The notes below the pieces were generated by a model that was not told the origin of the DNA, ran no database searches, and saw only the letters and a list, made by a program, of their open reading frames with translations. Shown piece after piece: positions 61,528 through 64,000 of a stretch of DNA of 64,000 nucleotides; position 1 is the first letter of the stretch, and every line of letters begins with the position of its first letter. The DNA is from an uncultured cyanobacterium. Its GTDB lineage: Bacteria; Cyanobacteriota; Cyanobacteriia; Cyanobacteriales; CAWUOF01. Made by a program: the position numbers and the translations under genes. Location of the stretch: contig CAVUSO010000001.1 of assembly GCA_963744145.1 (NCBI GenBank), positions 2,816,001 to 2,880,000 of the forward strand. The letters run 5' to 3'.

Positions 61528-63102
61528 CAATACTCCGGACAAAATTAAACTGCAATCGCACCGTAGGAAAGTAGTTCTGAGTAATTGGGATGGCTTTTGA
61601 TCAAAGTCGGCTCCAAATCTAACTTCAAAATAAATTGTTCCAAAAGATGCGCGTTGAAGGCTTGGCGTTTATAAGTAGCCATAGAAAAGATAAAGGGCTC
61701 ATCTTCTTGATGGTTTAATCTGGCTGATAATTTGGCAATATTCAAAGCTGTCAGACTAGCATTAAAATGAAAATCTAATTTGGCCGCATCACGGGCTTGA
61801 CAATCCACTAATCCTGTAAACTGTTTAGCATCACGAAAAATAAATTCAATCTGAAAACGAGCCTGATAATACTCGTAAATTTCCAGGGCTGTCAGCGACA
61901 AATCTGTTGAAAACAAAATTAGATAACCAGTTTTGTCAGGCTGACGCTGATCAACAACCACGACAATTTTAATGTTTCTCTCTAAGGAGACATGATTAAC
62001 TATCGCACTATAAATATTAACTGATTTCTCAACTTCCTGGCACCAAGTCAAACGACTTAAATTAGTGAAATTGACTTTTCCTGCATAGAGACGTGGGCGA
62101 CCACGCTCTTTTTGTTCACCCTGATATAAATAACGCATATTGGCATCAATCCGCAATTTACCTAGGTAATGAAAATTGACAGATATCACCCCATCAACAA
62201 ACTTTTTTTTACTATAGTACCCATCAGCTACTAGGTGGCGTATATCCGATGGAATATAGCTTTGAGCTCTTTTTAGTTGCTCTAAATACTGATCTACTCT
62301 TGTAGCTTCATCCTCTTGATTGTCCGATGTTTTCGGACTAGATTTTCGGGATTTTTTCTGATTTTTTCCTGGCGATTTTTTGGTGGTTTTTCTTGGTGAT
62401 TCTGTGGGCAAAGATGGTGATGTTTGCTGAACAGATAAAGCATAAGCCGTGTTGATATCTAAATCAATAAGTGCGAGCAGAGAAATTTCTAACCCCCGTT
62501 CTGCTTGGCTCTTACTACTATTATAGAAATAATCTTTTCCATAGGTTTTTTTACCACTTTTTTGAATAAATGAACAGTCCATTGCTAAAATTTTTCGACT
62601 CGTGACCGCTAGGGCTAATTGCAGGAGTTGTTTATTTAACTCCAAAAAATTGAAGGAGCGCTGAAAATGGCGTCGATAAGTTTTTTCGTTTAACTGCGAG
62701 TAACGACTTAAATTAGTAAAATTGACTTTACCATAGACTAACAAGATAGTTGTCATTAAGGTTAAGAAAAATTTTTTTTGAGCTTTACTAATCCCAGCAA
62801 GTTGAGTTAAGATGTTTTCTAGAAAATTCATAATTATCGGTCGGGTGGAATTTACTATGTAAATTCTCTCACGATCGATATTTTTTTGGTGATCTCAGTA
62901 AGGAAAAAATTGCGCCCAATCCGTTCGGTTGCCTGATTTGGCCAGAAAATTGTTCAAGTAGAAAACGATTCAGAATCGAAAATATCTGCCAAATCAGGTT
63001 TTCGGCTAGTCCCAGTCTGTCTTTTGGCTATTGGCCGAAAACTATTGGTTAGTCAATTATACCTATAAATAATTTTCTCTCACCAAAGTGTCCGGAGTAT
63101 TG
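61528..63102 (-). mobile_element. IS4-superfamily-like insertion sequence, 1575 bp, 14-bp TIRs, 6-bp TSD
   Basis: CAATACTCCGGACA at 61528 and TGTCCGGAGTATTG ending at 63102; CTATGA duplicated at 61522-61527 and 63103-63108. Confidence 0.92.
61545..62831 (-). CDS. DDE transposase
   Basis: LAMDCSF, LVADGYY, YQARFQIEFIFRDAKQ (YREK-type signature). Confidence 0.93.
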   Translation of the reverse strand: MNFLENILTQLAGISKAQKKFFLTLMTTILLVYGKVNFTNLSRYSQLNEKTYRRHFQRSFNFLELNKQLLQLALAVTSRKILAMDCSFIQKSGKKTYGKDYFYNSSKSQAERGLEISLLALIDLDINTAYALSVQQTSPSLPTESPRKTTKKSPGKNQKKSRKSSPKTSDNQEDEATRVDQYLEQLKRAQSYIPSDIRHLVADGYYSKKKFVDGVISVNFHYLGKLRIDANMRYLYQGEQKERGRPRLYAGKVNFTNLSRLTWCQEVEKSVNIYSAIVNHVSLERNIKIVVVVDQRQPDKTGYLILFSTDLSLTALEIYEYYQARFQIEFIFRDAKQFTGLVDCQARDAAKLDFHFNASLTALNIAKLSARLNHQEDEPFIFSMATYKRQAFNAHLLEQFILKLDLEPTLIKSHPNYSELLSYGAIAV

Positions 63103-63169
63103 CTATGAGTATAACTGAAACTGCGGAAAAAATGACAGGTTGCTTTACTATTTTTAATGGGACTTCCAT
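63103..63169 (-). pseudogene. 5' end (22 codons) of the IS-interrupted sigma-like gene
   Basis: AAGGAGG RBS, then ATG 63169 reading MEVPLKIVKQPVIFSAVSVILI; joins in frame to GEMYKFPEIAS once the IS and one TSD copy are removed. Confidence 0.8.
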
Positions 63170-63436
63170 GATAGCCTCCTTAATGTTTTAGCCCTTAAAA
63201 CTTTTCCCCGTCTGATTTATATAACGTAGGGGCGTAGTGTAATGATTCGTAATGCGAGGTAGCGCGATGCTAAATCTCCGCTTCCACCAAAGAAAATGAA
63301 GCTCATAAAAAAGTTCCTCTTTTGACTTTGATAATTAAGAATCGGAATGTAGGATCTAAATTATTCAATTTTAGATATGTCCTTGCGACTTACCCAATTA
63401 TTCAGGTTGATCGGGTATATTAGTGTGATCTGTGGG

Positions 63437-64000
63437 GTAGGGCGGGTTTATAATAGCGATCGGTTAGTCATAAAATTGATCGGTGAACCCGCCCCTAGGG
63501 TTATCGGCAAATATAGAATGAAATTTATGGTCAAATATGCAATGAAAATTCGCGATCGACAAACATTAAATAAAATAAATTCCCCGTAGGGGCGAAGCAT
63601 TCGGGCGATCAATAATCACTAAAGCGACTAATATTATATCCGAATGCTTCGCCCTTCTTCGCCGATATATCCAAAAATACCTTCGCCGATATATCCAAAA
63701 ATACCTTCGCCGATATATCCCAAAATATCTAAACCGTATTTCATCATAAAATTGCCCCAGCTAAACCGATCAAACTTCGCGATCGCAATGGTTAGAAACA
63801 GCGATGGCAAATATGGAATCAAACTTCGCGATCGCAATGGATAGAAACAGCGATCGACAAACATTAAATAAAATAAATTCCCCGTAGGGGCGAAGCATTC
63901 GGGCGATCAATAATCGCTACATCGATTAACATTATATCCGAATGCTTCGCCCTTCTTCGCCGAGATATCCCAAAATACCTTCGCCGAGATATCCCAAAAT
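63437..64000. repeat. Composite repeat region: REP hairpins, ~298-bp duplication, 24-bp and 49-bp tandem units
   Basis: Block starting gcgatcgacaaac at 63552 and 63850; (ttcgccgatatatccaaaaatacc)x3; caaacttcgcgatcgcaatgg at 63771 and 63820. Confidence 0.85.

Noticed and set aside
63655..63730. 24-bp repeats as a CRISPR array
   Set aside because: Units are directly tandem with no unique spacers, and there are no cas genes in the window.
63377..63864. Short ORFs at the window end
   Set aside because: Translations of repeat DNA (PIYPKIPS / GYIGEGIF units).

Overview
64-kb window from a low-GC cyanobacterial chromosome (abundant HIP1 octamer GCGATCGC; psbB/psbT). Housekeeping genes (cobU, uvrA, mnmG, gmd/fcl, psbB, psbT, peptide ABC parts, SLH porin) are interspersed with accessory signalling and conflict modules. 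The main ones are: (i) a tightly coupled five-gene BREX/Ssp-like operon (DUF4007-like HTH, BrxB/F-like, BrxC/SspC-like ATPase, PglZ, protease-less BrxL) with no methyltransferase or PAPS-reductase gene and a TSD-flanked MITE in its leader; (ii) a divergent pair made of a triple-TIR/TM/WD40 protein and a TRPM-type SLOG + SLATT(DUF4231) fusion, a candidate undescribed Thoeris-like nucleotide-signalling system; (iii) two paralogous sigma-like/DUF1822 modules, one upstream of a hypervariable-TPR (probably CHAT) gene, the other interrupted after codon 22 by an IS4-like element with a 6-bp TSD. Also present are nested 24-bp micro-elements, REP-like hairpins and a decayed HEPN toxin next to an intact MNT. 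All family calls come from motif recognition by eye; no database searches were run.
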